IMG/VR virus record: IMGVR_UViG_3300008952_000004
Span: 1-64,000 of that record
Length of the DNA: 64,000 nt
Strand: one strand, 5' to 3'
From: a virus
The notes under the pieces were generated by a model, which worked only from the letters and a program-made list of their open reading frames with translations, was not told the origin of the DNA and did no database searches. This document shows, piece by piece, positions 1-8,682 of the stretch; the stretch's first letter is position 1, and every line of letters begins with the position of its first letter. The translations under genes and the position numbers were made by a program.

Positions 1-2
1 TA

Positions 3-182
3 GTATCGGAGAGGCTTGATTGGCTGGAAGACAGAATGGCACCAGAAAATGCAGGAAAATCATTTGTGATTGAACTTTGTGATGATTATCGAGATAGGTT
101 TTTCGAAATCAAAGAAGATACCATTCAATTCCCACCCAACAGAAAATCCAGACCAGCAAAAACTGCGAGGATAAAGAAATGA
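3..182 (+). CDS. 3' end of a hypothetical protein (5'-truncated by window edge)
   Basis: Open frame from base 3 (VSERLDWLEDRMAPENAGKSF...ARIKK) to TGA at 180-182, overlapping the next ATG (ATGA). Confidence 0.6.
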   Translation, partial: VSERLDWLEDRMAPENAGKSFVIELCDDYRDRFFEIKEDTIQFPPNRKSRPAKTARIKK

Positions 183-331
183 CTGCTTTTCGTCGTGACG
201 AAACTGTATTTATCCAAATTGATAAACTCCGAGAACAAAATCGGGATCTAAAAAAAGAACTAGATAAGTGTTTATGTTTGTGTGCAAATTGCCACAGGGA
301 AGAGCATGCCATAACAAAAGGAATATTATAG
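179..331 (+). pseudogene. 50-aa ORF ending in an HNH-endonuclease C-terminal motif (probable remnant/chimera)
   Basis: Manual translation MTAFRRDETVFIQIDKLREQNRDLKKELDKCLCLCANCHREEHAITKGIL*; LCANCHREEH is an HNH C-terminal motif but the N-terminal CxxC/His part is absent. Confidence 0.5.
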
Positions 332-367
332 CCCTAGGGTCGCACGTTCGAGTCGTGCCTGGGGCGC
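332..367 (+). tRNA. tRNA 3' half only (variable loop, T-arm, acceptor 3' strand); isotype undetermined
   Basis: GGGTC-GCACG-TTCGAGT-CGTGC-CTGGGGC-G: perfect 5-bp T-stem with TTCGAGT loop followed by 7-nt acceptor strand and a T-run; no convincing D-arm or anticodon 5' strand upstream. Confidence 0.65.
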
Positions 368-394
368 TTTTTTTTCTTGCTCTCATTTTAGAAA

Positions 395-402
395 CTATTT
401 AG
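395..402 (+). promoter_or_regulatory. candidate phage late-promoter motif CTATTTAG
   Basis: Member of recurring CTA[TGA]TTA motif, just upstream of RBS GGAGG and GTG start at 419. Confidence 0.45.
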
Positions 403-418
403 TACTGGGAGGATTCTT

Positions 419-952
419 GTGCGAAACTGGAGTGTTTTAAAACTGGACAGTTCGTTTAAACCAGTACAAATAATTGACTGGCAGAAAGCTTTTTCTATGA
501 TTTTCTCCGGTCGGGCATTTTTAATTGAAATTCGAGATGGCGAGTATATACGATCCGCATATGAAGAGTATCCTGTACCATGTGTTATAGCCTCAAAAAG
601 ATATATTAAGCGAGGCTCCATACAAATAAATTGTAATCGAGCAAATGTGTTTTGGAGAGATTCGCATACGTGTTTATACTGCAACAAAGTTTTTACAGAG
701 TCAAGTCTAACTTTAGATCACGTGATGCCGAAATCTAGAGGAGGTAAGAAAGTCTGGGAAAATATTGTTACCTCTTGTCACAATTGTAACCAAAAAAAGG
801 GTAATCGGTTGCCGCACGAGGCGGGCATGAAATTAAATAAACAACCATCTAGACCAACCGCAAAGATGTTTCGTTTTTGCAAAAATGGGAAAATACATTC
901 AAAATGGCTACCCTATTTAAATTTTAAACAGGGTGCCGTTATATATGAATAA
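419..952 (+). CDS. HNH endonuclease (McrA-like)
   Basis: NVFWRDSHTCLYC...LTLDHVMPKSRGGKKVWENIVTSCHNCNQKKG: classic HNH with two CxxC pairs. Confidence 0.92.
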   Translation: MRNWSVLKLDSSFKPVQIIDWQKAFSMIFSGRAFLIEIRDGEYIRSAYEEYPVPCVIASKRYIKRGSIQINCNRANVFWRDSHTCLYCNKVFTESSLTLDHVMPKSRGGKKVWENIVTSCHNCNQKKGNRLPHEAGMKLNKQPSRPTAKMFRFCKNGKIHSKWLPYLNFKQGAVIYE

Positions 953-1166
953 AAAAAGTACCATAAGTATCGGGGATTTGGTTTTAGATAAAGGGCGCAA
1001 TGTGAAGGTTTATGGTATAAACACTAGAGATCAGGTTGGGATAGTCATTGATATTTTAGAGCCTCAAATTTATGATAGAGGAGAGCGTATCTTAGTTCAC
1101 TGGACAGGTGGACACCGTTCTTATGAAAAAGAGTTTAATTTAAAAAAAATAAAAAATGAAAATTGA
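945..1166 (+). CDS. small hypothetical protein, SH3/KOW-like (IGDLV)
   Basis: ORF track 933..1166; likely start ATG 945; IGDLV...VGIVIDI...ILVHW beta-strand pattern. Confidence 0.65.
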   Translation: MNKKSTISIGDLVLDKGRNVKVYGINTRDQVGIVIDILEPQIYDRGERILVHWTGGHRSYEKEFNLKKIKNEN

Positions 1167-1353
1167 TATTGGCACATATGTTAAGCATTGTGTATACGAT
1201 GATGTTTATCGTTATGGAATAGTTGTGGCTATGGGTCATGGTCCTCTGTTCAATTATGCGAAAGTTGTTTGGACAGCTAGGAAAGAACATCCTGTCGCTA
1301 AAGGAGTATATGTCGAGAAGATCGATATTATGAAGTTAGAGGCAGTGGTTTAA
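1156..1353 (+). CDS. small hypothetical protein, SH3/KOW-like
   Basis: IGTYVKH...YGIVV...AKVVW pattern, overlaps the previous gene. Confidence 0.65.
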   Translation: MKIDIGTYVKHCVYDDVYRYGIVVAMGHGPLFNYAKVVWTARKEHPVAKGVYVEKIDIMKLEAVV

Positions 1354-1355
1354 TT

Positions 1356-1583
1356 ATGCATACTGGCGACTTGGTAAGATGTTGGGATTTTAACGGACAG
1401 TCCTATTCATTAATTGGACTGGTGTTAGAATATGATATTATTAACAAAGTCGCGACTGTGTGCTTTCAGCAAACGGGCGAGGTTAAGCGCATTGCAGTTA
1501 GAGATCTGGAATTATTCCGACGGTCCCCGGTAAATATAAGAAAATTAAAAGAAAAATATCTAAAAGATAAAGAAAAGACTTGA
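1356..1583 (+). CDS. small hypothetical protein, SH3/KOW-like (TGDLV)
   Basis: MHTGDLVRC...IGLVLE...VATVCF pattern. Confidence 0.65.
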   Translation: MHTGDLVRCWDFNGQSYSLIGLVLEYDIINKVATVCFQQTGEVKRIAVRDLELFRRSPVNIRKLKEKYLKDKEKT

Positions 1584-1608
1584 CTTTAGCTCCCATATTT
1601 GTTATTCT
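1580..1608 (+). promoter_or_regulatory. sigma70-type promoter
   Basis: TTGACT (1580-1585), 17-nt spacer, TATTCT (1603-1608). Confidence 0.6.
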
Positions 1609-1634
1609 TATTATGTGAGTTAGTGAGTGAGGTT

Positions 1635-1844
1635 ATGAAAAAAGGTAATTTGGTTGAATGGACGCCCCGCATGCTGACACCACCATATGAACAAGGCAAT
1701 ATTGGCATTGTGACTGAGCTTGATAAGCTATTGAAGAAAGCTAAAGTCCACTGGATCAAAAAACCACACTGTTTTGAAAAAAATGGCGTCTGGGTTTATC
1801 TACGAAATATAACTTTAATTGGAGAAAAAGTAACAAAGATTTGA
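1635..1844 (+). CDS. small hypothetical protein, SH3/KOW-like (KGNLV)
   Basis: Likely start ATG 1635 after GAGG; KKGNLVEW...IGIVTE...AKVHW pattern. Confidence 0.65.
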   Translation: MKKGNLVEWTPRMLTPPYEQGNIGIVTELDKLLKKAKVHWIKKPHCFEKNGVWVYLRNITLIGEKVTKI

Positions 1845-1855
1845 TTTTAAAGGTC

Positions 1856-1863
1856 CTAGTTAC
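1856..1863 (+). promoter_or_regulatory. candidate phage late-promoter motif CTAGTTAC
   Basis: CTA[TGA]TTA motif directly before RBS AGGAG of the 1879 gene. Confidence 0.4.
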
Positions 1864-1878
1864 TTATAGGAGTACGTT

Positions 1879-2472
1879 TTGAAAAAATTATATTGCGATA
1901 TGGACGGAGTGTTAGTTGACTTCGCTGCCGGTGCATTAGAGTTAGTCAATAACGCTTTAGACAAAGAACAATATTTAACGTGGAAGGAGCACAAAGCTCT
2001 CAAAAAACGACTTGAACTAGAGGGTCGAAAAGCGATCGAACTGGCAGATCTTGAGAAGCCAGAATATCGAGGTCGCGACGAAGAAGAGGTAATGCCAGAA
2101 GCACGTGCCTTTATGAAAGTCCTTATTGAAGAAGCTGGTGAAGAATGGTGGGCAAATTTGCCTTGGATGCCGGGTGGCGAAGAGTTGTGGAAGGCAATTG
2201 CTGTTTACAATCCAACTATCCTCACGGCACCTATGGCAAATGCCAACGGATGTGAAGCTGGAAAAGCCACGTGGGTCGAGAACAATCTTGGTAAATATAA
2301 CGTTATTTACGAGGACGAAAAATATAACTATGCACACAGCGGTGCAGTACTGGTCGACGACTTTGAGATTAATATTATTCCTTGGACCAAAGCCGGTGGA
2401 GTCGCTGTGCACCACCACCATGAAAACGTAACTTGGACAATTAATAAAATTAACAAGGAGGTCGCCGCTTGA
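1879..2472 (+). CDS. HAD-superfamily 5'(3')-deoxyribonucleotidase-like protein
   Basis: LYCDMDGVLVDF (HAD motif I), ILTAP, K..W, LVDDFEINI..W..AGG typical of phage NT5C-like proteins. Confidence 0.85.
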   Translation: MKKLYCDMDGVLVDFAAGALELVNNALDKEQYLTWKEHKALKKRLELEGRKAIELADLEKPEYRGRDEEEVMPEARAFMKVLIEEAGEEWWANLPWMPGGEELWKAIAVYNPTILTAPMANANGCEAGKATWVENNLGKYNVIYEDEKYNYAHSGAVLVDDFEINIIPWTKAGGVAVHHHHENVTWTINKINKEVAA

Positions 2473-2507
2473 CATACGATGGAAACAAAGAAAGTTTGGT
2501 AAACTTT

Positions 2508-2666
2508 ATGCCAGATGAAATCCTCGAAGATAATAATGTAATCTATGAGCAATACGAAACATATGCACAACCGTATCTTGAATTGCCCACTTATCTTCCC
2601 CCGCCAGCAGTAAAAGAAGTAGTTGAACCAGAGGAGTCCCCGTGTGTCATTATAATTGATATATGA
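2508..2666 (+). CDS. small acidic hypothetical protein
   Basis: ORF track 2469..2666; probable ATG at 2508; ends IIIDI. Confidence 0.5.
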   Translation: MPDEILEDNNVIYEQYETYAQPYLELPTYLPPPAVKEVVEPEESPCVIIIDI

Positions 2667-2947
2667 GGTTTTTATTATTTTTAGTTTTACTATTAAACAT
2701 TCTAGATGCTAGTGCAACTATATGGTTTGTTGAGCAATCTGTAGCAGTTGAAGCTAATCCTTTGATGAAATATTTTCTAGATATGGGAATATTTCCTTTT
2801 TTAGCTGCAAAGCTATTAGTTGTAATAGTCAGTCTTAGAATCCTGTGGGTGTATAGAGACAGAAAAATAGCATTGTTTGGCGCTGGCTTATGTGCCATGG
2901 CATATTTATTGTTAGCGTCATATGTCGTTTACTCGCTTCAAAGCTAG
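2663..2947 (+). CDS. small membrane protein (DUF5658-like)
   Basis: Three hydrophobic segments and LDA.AT......EANPLM motif. Confidence 0.65.
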   Translation: MRFLLFLVLLLNILDASATIWFVEQSVAVEANPLMKYFLDMGIFPFLAAKLLVVIVSLRILWVYRDRKIALFGAGLCAMAYLLLASYVVYSLQS

Positions 2948-2951
2948 TTAT
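2944..2951 (+). promoter_or_regulatory. candidate phage late-promoter motif CTAGTTAT
   Basis: CTA[TGA]TTA motif 35 nt upstream of the likely start at 2986. Confidence 0.4.
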
Positions 2952-2985
2952 TATTAGTATATATGTAAAGAGCAATGCTTATAAG

Positions 2986-5097
2986 ATGAAATGGATAAAA
3001 AGACTATCTTTAATATTATTTGTTATCCTTTCAGTTGTGTTATGGCTTTCTGGTTGTAGCACTACGACAAATGGAGGGGAATCAAAAGATGTGGTATACC
3101 CAATTCCCGATGTCACAGATAAGATTAATGATATTCAACCGACTGAGGACACTCCGTCTGAACCAGATACTTGGTATCAAGACTGTGTTGAGTGTCAGTA
3201 TTATTTTTGTCCTCCATTAGACGCCATATGGCAAAAACAGATTTGTTTTGATAATTGTACTGATCCTCCAACACTAGTTCATGAGGGTGAATGTGTTGAA
3301 TACTTAGAATGTGATCCTCAAGACCCTATTATAGATGTTGACCTACCTTGTATCACAGCGAGTGGTTTTCCCGGCACTCAAGATAAAATCTGTAGCAAGG
3401 GAAAAATATATTATACTGATTGTGTCACAGAGTGTAAGGAAGAAATCTGTGACGGCATAGATAACGACTGTGACGATGAAATTGATGAAGGTTTTGATGA
3501 TATCCAAGAACTGTGCAATAATATTGACGATAACTGCAATGGCGTTGTAGACGAGGGAGAATGGGAGTGCGATAATGGGTGTGGTCCCGGTCCAAATCTG
3601 TGCGTAGCCGGAGAATTTGTTTGCATGGCACCTTTACCAGAAGAGGAAGTTTGCGACGGCATCGACAACGACTGTGATGGGGACATCGACGAAGGACAGT
3701 TAAATGCTTGTTTACAATGCGGTCCTGTACCAGAAGAGGTTTGCAATGGAATTGACGATGATTGTGATGGCGAGACAGATGAGGAATTAATTACCCCTTG
3801 TAGTACCGCATGCGGCGCAGGGTATGAAACTTGCGTCGGCGGCAATTGGGTATCTTGTAATGCACCGCCTGTATTTGATGAAATATGTGATGGTCTAGAC
3901 AACGATTGTGATGGACAGATTGATGAAGACTTACAATGTGTGTGCACAATACAAGATGTTGGCACTCTGTTTCCTTGTCAAGATAGCCCGCTAGTATGCG
4001 GACAAGGTTTTAAAACTTGCGAGTGTCTAGACCCAGAATGTAAGACAATTGTAACAACTCAATGTTATGCTCCTTGTTATTGGATGTCACAACCATATGG
4101 TTCAGACCCTAATTGTGATCCAACTATGGGAATGATATTGCAGCAAGAACAATGTAATAATTTTGATGATAATTGTAACCAAATGATTGACGAAAATCTT
4201 TTTGCAGCTTGTTATACCGGTCCTGAAGGTACGATCGGAGTCGGAATTTGTATACCGGGAGAGATGACTTGTGAGGCAGGCTCTTGGGGGAATTTTAATA
4301 ATAATACTGGATTATTCACTCCCGGTTTTTGTAAAGATGAAGTAACTCCACAAACAGAAATTTGCGATGGTGTTGATAACAATTGCGATGGTATTACAGA
4401 CTATGGTGAAGAACTAGAAGATACAGACATATTGTTTATTATCGACTGGTCCGGTTCGATGATCGATGAGATCGATGCGGTATTGATTGCCCTGAACCAA
4501 TTTGCGGCAACGTACTCAGACGAAACTGTGTTACAATGGGCAACCATCTTAGGTCCTCGTGATGAACCGGGTCAGGCTTGGGGCGACGATATTTTAGAAC
4601 TTTATCATAATATGAGTGGGTTTACTGATTTCCTGAATGCAATGAGCAATTTGACTGGAAATCCAAATGGCGGAAGTGAAATGCTTCTTGATGCGATTTA
4701 CCTAGCGATCCAAAATATCACAGCAGTACTCCCTGTATCAATTGCTGATCTCGATTGGAAAGATTGGAGCGTTGCCGAGTCAGTTCCTCATCATGACAAT
4801 TTTAATATTAATTGGCGCGGTGCCGCAGATAAAATTATAATTGTTTTTACAGATGAGAATCCTCAATCATATTTGAAAACCGAAGAGGGTATTGCGCTTA
4901 AAATGTTGGATATTATGCAAGCAGCACAAGGCACTCCACAATTAAAAATATATATATTTTCTACCAATGAAAACTGGGAGTGGGATGAGCTAGCAGTTTT
5001 AAGCGGCGGTAAGTATTATAATTTATCTAACAATCCTACAGAGGTTTATAATAGTTTAATGGAAATATTAGATGAAATCTGTAAGCCAAAACCATAA
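2986..5097 (+). CDS. lipoprotein with seven Cys/Asp putative metal-binding (MopE-like) repeats and C-terminal vWA domain
   Basis: MKWIKR + hydrophobic stretch + lipobox LSGC; repeats E.C[DN][GN].D[ND][DN]C[DN]...D; vWA MIDAS DILFIIDWSGSM and IVFTDE. Confidence 0.85.
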   Translation: MKWIKRLSLILFVILSVVLWLSGCSTTTNGGESKDVVYPIPDVTDKINDIQPTEDTPSEPDTWYQDCVECQYYFCPPLDAIWQKQICFDNCTDPPTLVHEGECVEYLECDPQDPIIDVDLPCITASGFPGTQDKICSKGKIYYTDCVTECKEEICDGIDNDCDDEIDEGFDDIQELCNNIDDNCNGVVDEGEWECDNGCGPGPNLCVAGEFVCMAPLPEEEVCDGIDNDCDGDIDEGQLNACLQCGPVPEEVCNGIDDDCDGETDEELITPCSTACGAGYETCVGGNWVSCNAPPVFDEICDGLDNDCDGQIDEDLQCVCTIQDVGTLFPCQDSPLVCGQGFKTCECLDPECKTIVTTQCYAPCYWMSQPYGSDPNCDPTMGMILQQEQCNNFDDNCNQMIDENLFAACYTGPEGTIGVGICIPGEMTCEAGSWGNFNNNTGLFTPGFCKDEVTPQTEICDGVDNNCDGITDYGEELEDTDILFIIDWSGSMIDEIDAVLIALNQFAATYSDETVLQWATILGPRDEPGQAWGDDILELYHNMSGFTDFLNAMSNLTGNPNGGSEMLLDAIYLAIQNITAVLPVSIADLDWKDWSVAESVPHHDNFNINWRGAADKIIIVFTDENPQSYLKTEEGIALKMLDIMQAAQGTPQLKIYIFSTNENWEWDELAVLSGGKYYNLSNNPTEVYNSLMEILDEICKPKP

Positions 5098-5142
5098 TCT
5101 AAGATAATCGTACCTCATATATGATAAGTTGTATGAGAGAGA

Positions 5143-5150
5143 CTATTTAT
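5143..5150 (+). promoter_or_regulatory. candidate phage late-promoter motif CTATTTAT
   Basis: ACTATTTATA 7 nt before ATG 5158. Confidence 0.5.
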
Positions 5151-5157
5151 AGTCACT

Positions 5158-5358
5158 ATGATAAACATATTTAATAAACATCCCCGCGAACGTGGGATTA
5201 GTTATTTTACACACTTTAAAAGAGCAATCAGCCTAGGCTTTCGCTTATTAATAAGCGGAAGTTTTTTTATTATACATTCTATATTTCCATTTGTTCCAAT
5301 CCCAGCGAGATACAATTGCCACGATATGGTGCACGCGCTGGTGGGCATTTCGAAATAA
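5158..5358 (+). CDS. small membrane-associated hypothetical protein (DUF6356-like)
   Basis: F..HP...G.SYF.H...A......L......IH..FPF pattern. Confidence 0.65.
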   Translation: MINIFNKHPRERGISYFTHFKRAISLGFRLLISGSFFIIHSIFPFVPIPARYNCHDMVHALVGISK

Positions 5359-5376
5359 AAAGATATAAAGGAAGCT

Positions 5377-5550
5377 ATGTGTATTATTTGTATAGAATAT
5401 GAGAAAGATAAACTTACAATCAATGAGGCATACAGAGCGCTGCACGAAATGAGAAAAGACTTAGATGAGGAGCACGTCCAAGAGCTTTTAACAAAACTGG
5501 ATGCAGATTGGTGGGTTCAATGGCTGGAAAATATGCCTCAAACCGATTAA
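5377..5550 (+). CDS. 57-aa hypothetical protein (not in ORF track)
   Basis: Manual translation MCIICIEYEKDKLTINEAYRALHEMRKDLDEEHVQELLTKLDADWWVQWLENMPQTD*, RBS AAGGAAG upstream. Confidence 0.6.
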   Translation: MCIICIEYEKDKLTINEAYRALHEMRKDLDEEHVQELLTKLDADWWVQWLENMPQTD

Positions 5551-5554
5551 AAGA

Positions 5555-5562
5555 CTATTTAT
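5555..5562 (+). promoter_or_regulatory. candidate phage late-promoter motif CTATTTAT
   Basis: ACTATTTATA upstream of RBS GGAG and ATG 5584. Confidence 0.55.
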
Positions 5563-5583
5563 AATACAAACGGAGAACCCATA

Positions 5584-8500
5584 ATGAGATTTGGAAAACC
5601 TAGAAAAAATAAAAGACGAGTTAACCCCCGTTATCATCTAAATGAGACTGCGAAGATTGAGAACAATTCTTCCAAGAATATGCATGATGTGCAATTCTAC
5701 CTTGAAGAATTTTATCCCTTCGCCAAAGAAGCACTTGGCTTTGATCAGGATGCGACCATTGTCTTTGAATCTGATTTCAGCAATGCTAAAAACCCTCTAG
5801 GTAAAACCGCTCATTACGACCCGACCAATTCCACAGTTACTGTATACGTTGATAAGCGACACCCAAAAGATGTTATGCGCTCTGTCTCCCACGAACTCGT
5901 ACACCACGCCCAGAACGTGCGTGGTGACCTTCAGAGAGGCTCTATGGAGGAAGGTTATGCCCAAAACGACGATCACCTCAGAGAAATGGAAAAAGAGGCT
6001 TATACGAAGGGAAATATGCTGTTTCGGGATTGGACTGACAGTCGCAACAACCCCAACAACCAGAAAGACATTATGGCACGTATTATGCAAGAGTGGGGCT
6101 ACGATGAAGCTGCTCTGACAGAAGAAGGTGGTGGTTTCGAAGAAGGGCAACTTGTAAAGGTTGTTGCTAGCGCTCTTGCTGTTGATGGCGAGAAGAATGG
6201 AACTGTTGTTTCATACGAAGACCCCGCAGTTACAATTAAACTTGACGACGATCAGGAAGGCAAGTATGTTCCTGATGATAAAATGGTCAAAGTTAAAAAA
6301 GATTATGTTGAGCCCCGAGCAGAGGCAGGTTTTGATGATGTTATGGGCGAAGGTGGAGAGGGCGTTGATAGAGAATTTAATGTTGGCGATGAAATTATAG
6401 CTAACGGCTACCCCGGTTATATCACTGATTTAAGTATCCCCGGAATGGCAACGGTGAAATTAGGTAGAGGGGAGACTACCGTATCACTGAAATATGTACA
6501 TAAGAAAGACGACAAAGACAACCAGATGAGCGAGATGTACGACGACGATGATTTCGGAGACGACGATCTTGATATGGCTGCTTTGGAAAAAGAATTTCCT
6601 TGGCTTGCTAAAGATGTAAAGACCCGTGAGGCTCCCCCCGAGGTCGCAGCAGACCTTGCTGACGAATTCGGCAACAAGGGCGAGCCCGAAGATGAAGAAG
6701 AGCCTCTTGATGAAGGGGGCAAAAGATGGGCAGACTATGGAACGTCAGATGCGGAGACGGGACGCCCGCCAAGCCCACCGATGGAACGAACAAATCCGAC
6801 TGGCTACAATGAATATATGGAAGCCTATATGATGGCGATGGCAGACGCGAAAGCGAAACAGGGTACGTGGCATGACGATGAGCACGAGACATTGGCTGAT
6901 CGTAAATTTACTGACAGTATGAGAGAAAAACTTTCCGACGAAGAAGAAAAAGAAATAACAGCCAAAATGTCTAACAAAGAATTCGTCAAATATATGACAC
7001 ACGATAAGCACGTTGTACCCAATCTTAAAGGTGATATGGGAGAGATTCCCGGTATGGAAGGTCCGTTCCAATATAAGTCTGGTGCGGTTCTTTATTATGA
7101 CCCCAAGGAGGGCAAGTACTACGACAGGGGCAAAGACATGTATATTGACCATGAGGAAGCTTCACGACTTATTGCAGAAGATGATTTTGATCTATTTGAG
7201 CCCGAAGGTTTTGATTCAGATTATGATGAAGAAATAGTAACTCTCGTTCATGTCTTTTCTGGAAAAGAAATTGCTGTTGATGCATTCGCCGCTGAAGAAA
7301 AGTTGGCAACAGGAGAATGGGAACTGGTTCGAACGGTTGATGAGGAAGCTGTTTTAAATTTAGAAATGTCTGATACCGGCTCGGCTGAAGGCGATGAAGC
7401 GGGTAACTGTGAAGCAAAGGGCGGTAAATGGGACCCCGCGCAAGGAAAATGTGTTTATGAGGAAAAAAATATCATAGGAGATAATGAAATGAACATCGAA
7501 GAGATCGTGCGCGCCGCCGTAAGGCGAGCGCTTAAAGAGAAAAAGTATCGCCGCGAGGACGTGGGCGAAGAAGCTGAAGAAAAGAACGAAGCACATCAGC
7601 CATGGCGTGGCAAGAGAACTATGGCAGATCTTGACAAGGACGCCAAAACCAGAGAAACGGACCACCTCAAGAAAGACGACGATAAAAAGAATGTCGAAGA
7701 AGCAACAGAGGAAACAACCGAAGAGACGGTAACCGAGGGAAATTTTGCTGAGTATGGTAAGATTGATGCGGAAGATGGCAATCCTCCTTCAAAGATTGGT
7801 CGCGGGGACGAAGCATATATGGCAGCGTACAACGATGTTCTTATTGCAAGAGGTGAAGAGCCTCTTGACATTCAGAAGCCAGACCAAGCATATCTTGATG
7901 CTCTCGGACGTGGGCAGTTATCCAACGACTACGCCAAGAGAGAAGAACTTTCTGCTGGACAGGAAGAACTTGACCTTGATGACGATGGAAAAATCGAGCC
8001 CTCTGATTTCGCTGGGCTTCGTGCTGGAAAGACCGACGATGAGGTTGGCGAAGAAGCTGAAGAGAAAGAAAAGAAGGATGAATCTCTTATGGGAGAACAA
8101 AGCAATCCGCTTGAGTGGGCTGACACGAACGGCTTGTCGCACGATGTTGATAATGATCACAATATAATTGTGTATGCAACTGAAGAACAAGCAAATTCTA
8201 TTAGTCTACCACCCGGTTCAGAAGAGTGGTCTGTTGAACGAGACAACGACGGCGGATATATAATTTATACAAATCAATCTGTTGTGACAATGAAAGAAGA
8301 CACTCCAACTCCTGTTGCTCTTAAAGGACCATTTGATCCCTCGCAAATCCAATCAGTTGAAGATCCTGAGTATGGTGGCTTGATCCACACACTTCCTAAC
8401 GTTGAACTAACTGGTGATTTAGAGCAAGATGTATATGACATGATCGGTGGTGACGAAGAACTTTATAGCTGGCTTTGGGGCGAAATGGAAAGCGGCGACT

Positions 8501-8676
8501 CTATTACAGACGCAGCAGGACAGCATGTTTATTCTGGATCGGATGTACAAGACGTCATTAAAGCGCACGAAGAGAGCGGTCCCGGCGGCTCACATCACTA
8601 TCAAGAAAATATTTCTGACAAAGAATGGTATGATTCCAAGCTGTTCGAAAGTCTCAAAAGAAATTGGGCAAAATAG
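5584..8676 (+). CDS. 1030-aa acidic modular protein with N-terminal zincin (HExxH) domain; probable internal head protein
   Basis: SVSHELVHHAQ...MEKEAY zincin motif; later small modules (GAVLYYDPKEGKYYD; CEAKGGKWDPAQGKC; EF-hand-like LDLDDDGKIEPSDF) separated by acidic linkers. Confidence 0.7.
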   Translation: MRFGKPRKNKRRVNPRYHLNETAKIENNSSKNMHDVQFYLEEFYPFAKEALGFDQDATIVFESDFSNAKNPLGKTAHYDPTNSTVTVYVDKRHPKDVMRSVSHELVHHAQNVRGDLQRGSMEEGYAQNDDHLREMEKEAYTKGNMLFRDWTDSRNNPNNQKDIMARIMQEWGYDEAALTEEGGGFEEGQLVKVVASALAVDGEKNGTVVSYEDPAVTIKLDDDQEGKYVPDDKMVKVKKDYVEPRAEAGFDDVMGEGGEGVDREFNVGDEIIANGYPGYITDLSIPGMATVKLGRGETTVSLKYVHKKDDKDNQMSEMYDDDDFGDDDLDMAALEKEFPWLAKDVKTREAPPEVAADLADEFGNKGEPEDEEEPLDEGGKRWADYGTSDAETGRPPSPPMERTNPTGYNEYMEAYMMAMADAKAKQGTWHDDEHETLADRKFTDSMREKLSDEEEKEITAKMSNKEFVKYMTHDKHVVPNLKGDMGEIPGMEGPFQYKSGAVLYYDPKEGKYYDRGKDMYIDHEEASRLIAEDDFDLFEPEGFDSDYDEEIVTLVHVFSGKEIAVDAFAAEEKLATGEWELVRTVDEEAVLNLEMSDTGSAEGDEAGNCEAKGGKWDPAQGKCVYEEKNIIGDNEMNIEEIVRAAVRRALKEKKYRREDVGEEAEEKNEAHQPWRGKRTMADLDKDAKTRETDHLKKDDDKKNVEEATEETTEETVTEGNFAEYGKIDAEDGNPPSKIGRGDEAYMAAYNDVLIARGEEPLDIQKPDQAYLDALGRGQLSNDYAKREELSAGQEELDLDDDGKIEPSDFAGLRAGKTDDEVGEEAEEKEKKDESLMGEQSNPLEWADTNGLSHDVDNDHNIIVYATEEQANSISLPPGSEEWSVERDNDGGYIIYTNQSVVTMKEDTPTPVALKGPFDPSQIQSVEDPEYGGLIHTLPNVELTGDLEQDVYDMIGGDEELYSWLWGEMESGDSITDAAGQHVYSGSDVQDVIKAHEESGPGGSHHYQENISDKEWYDSKLFESLKRNWAK

Positions 8677-8682
8677 ACTTAA

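Noticed and set aside
291-367. Complete tRNA (GCCACAG at 291-297 pairs 6/7 with CTGGGGC; possible TAT anticodon at 327-329)
   Set aside because: No D-arm and the anticodon stem does not pair (GGAAT vs CCCTA); the region is the coding end of the HNH-like ORF, so only the 3' half is called.
2469-2505. sigma70 promoter at TTGACA 2469-2474
   Set aside because: No -10 hexamer at 16-18 nt spacing.
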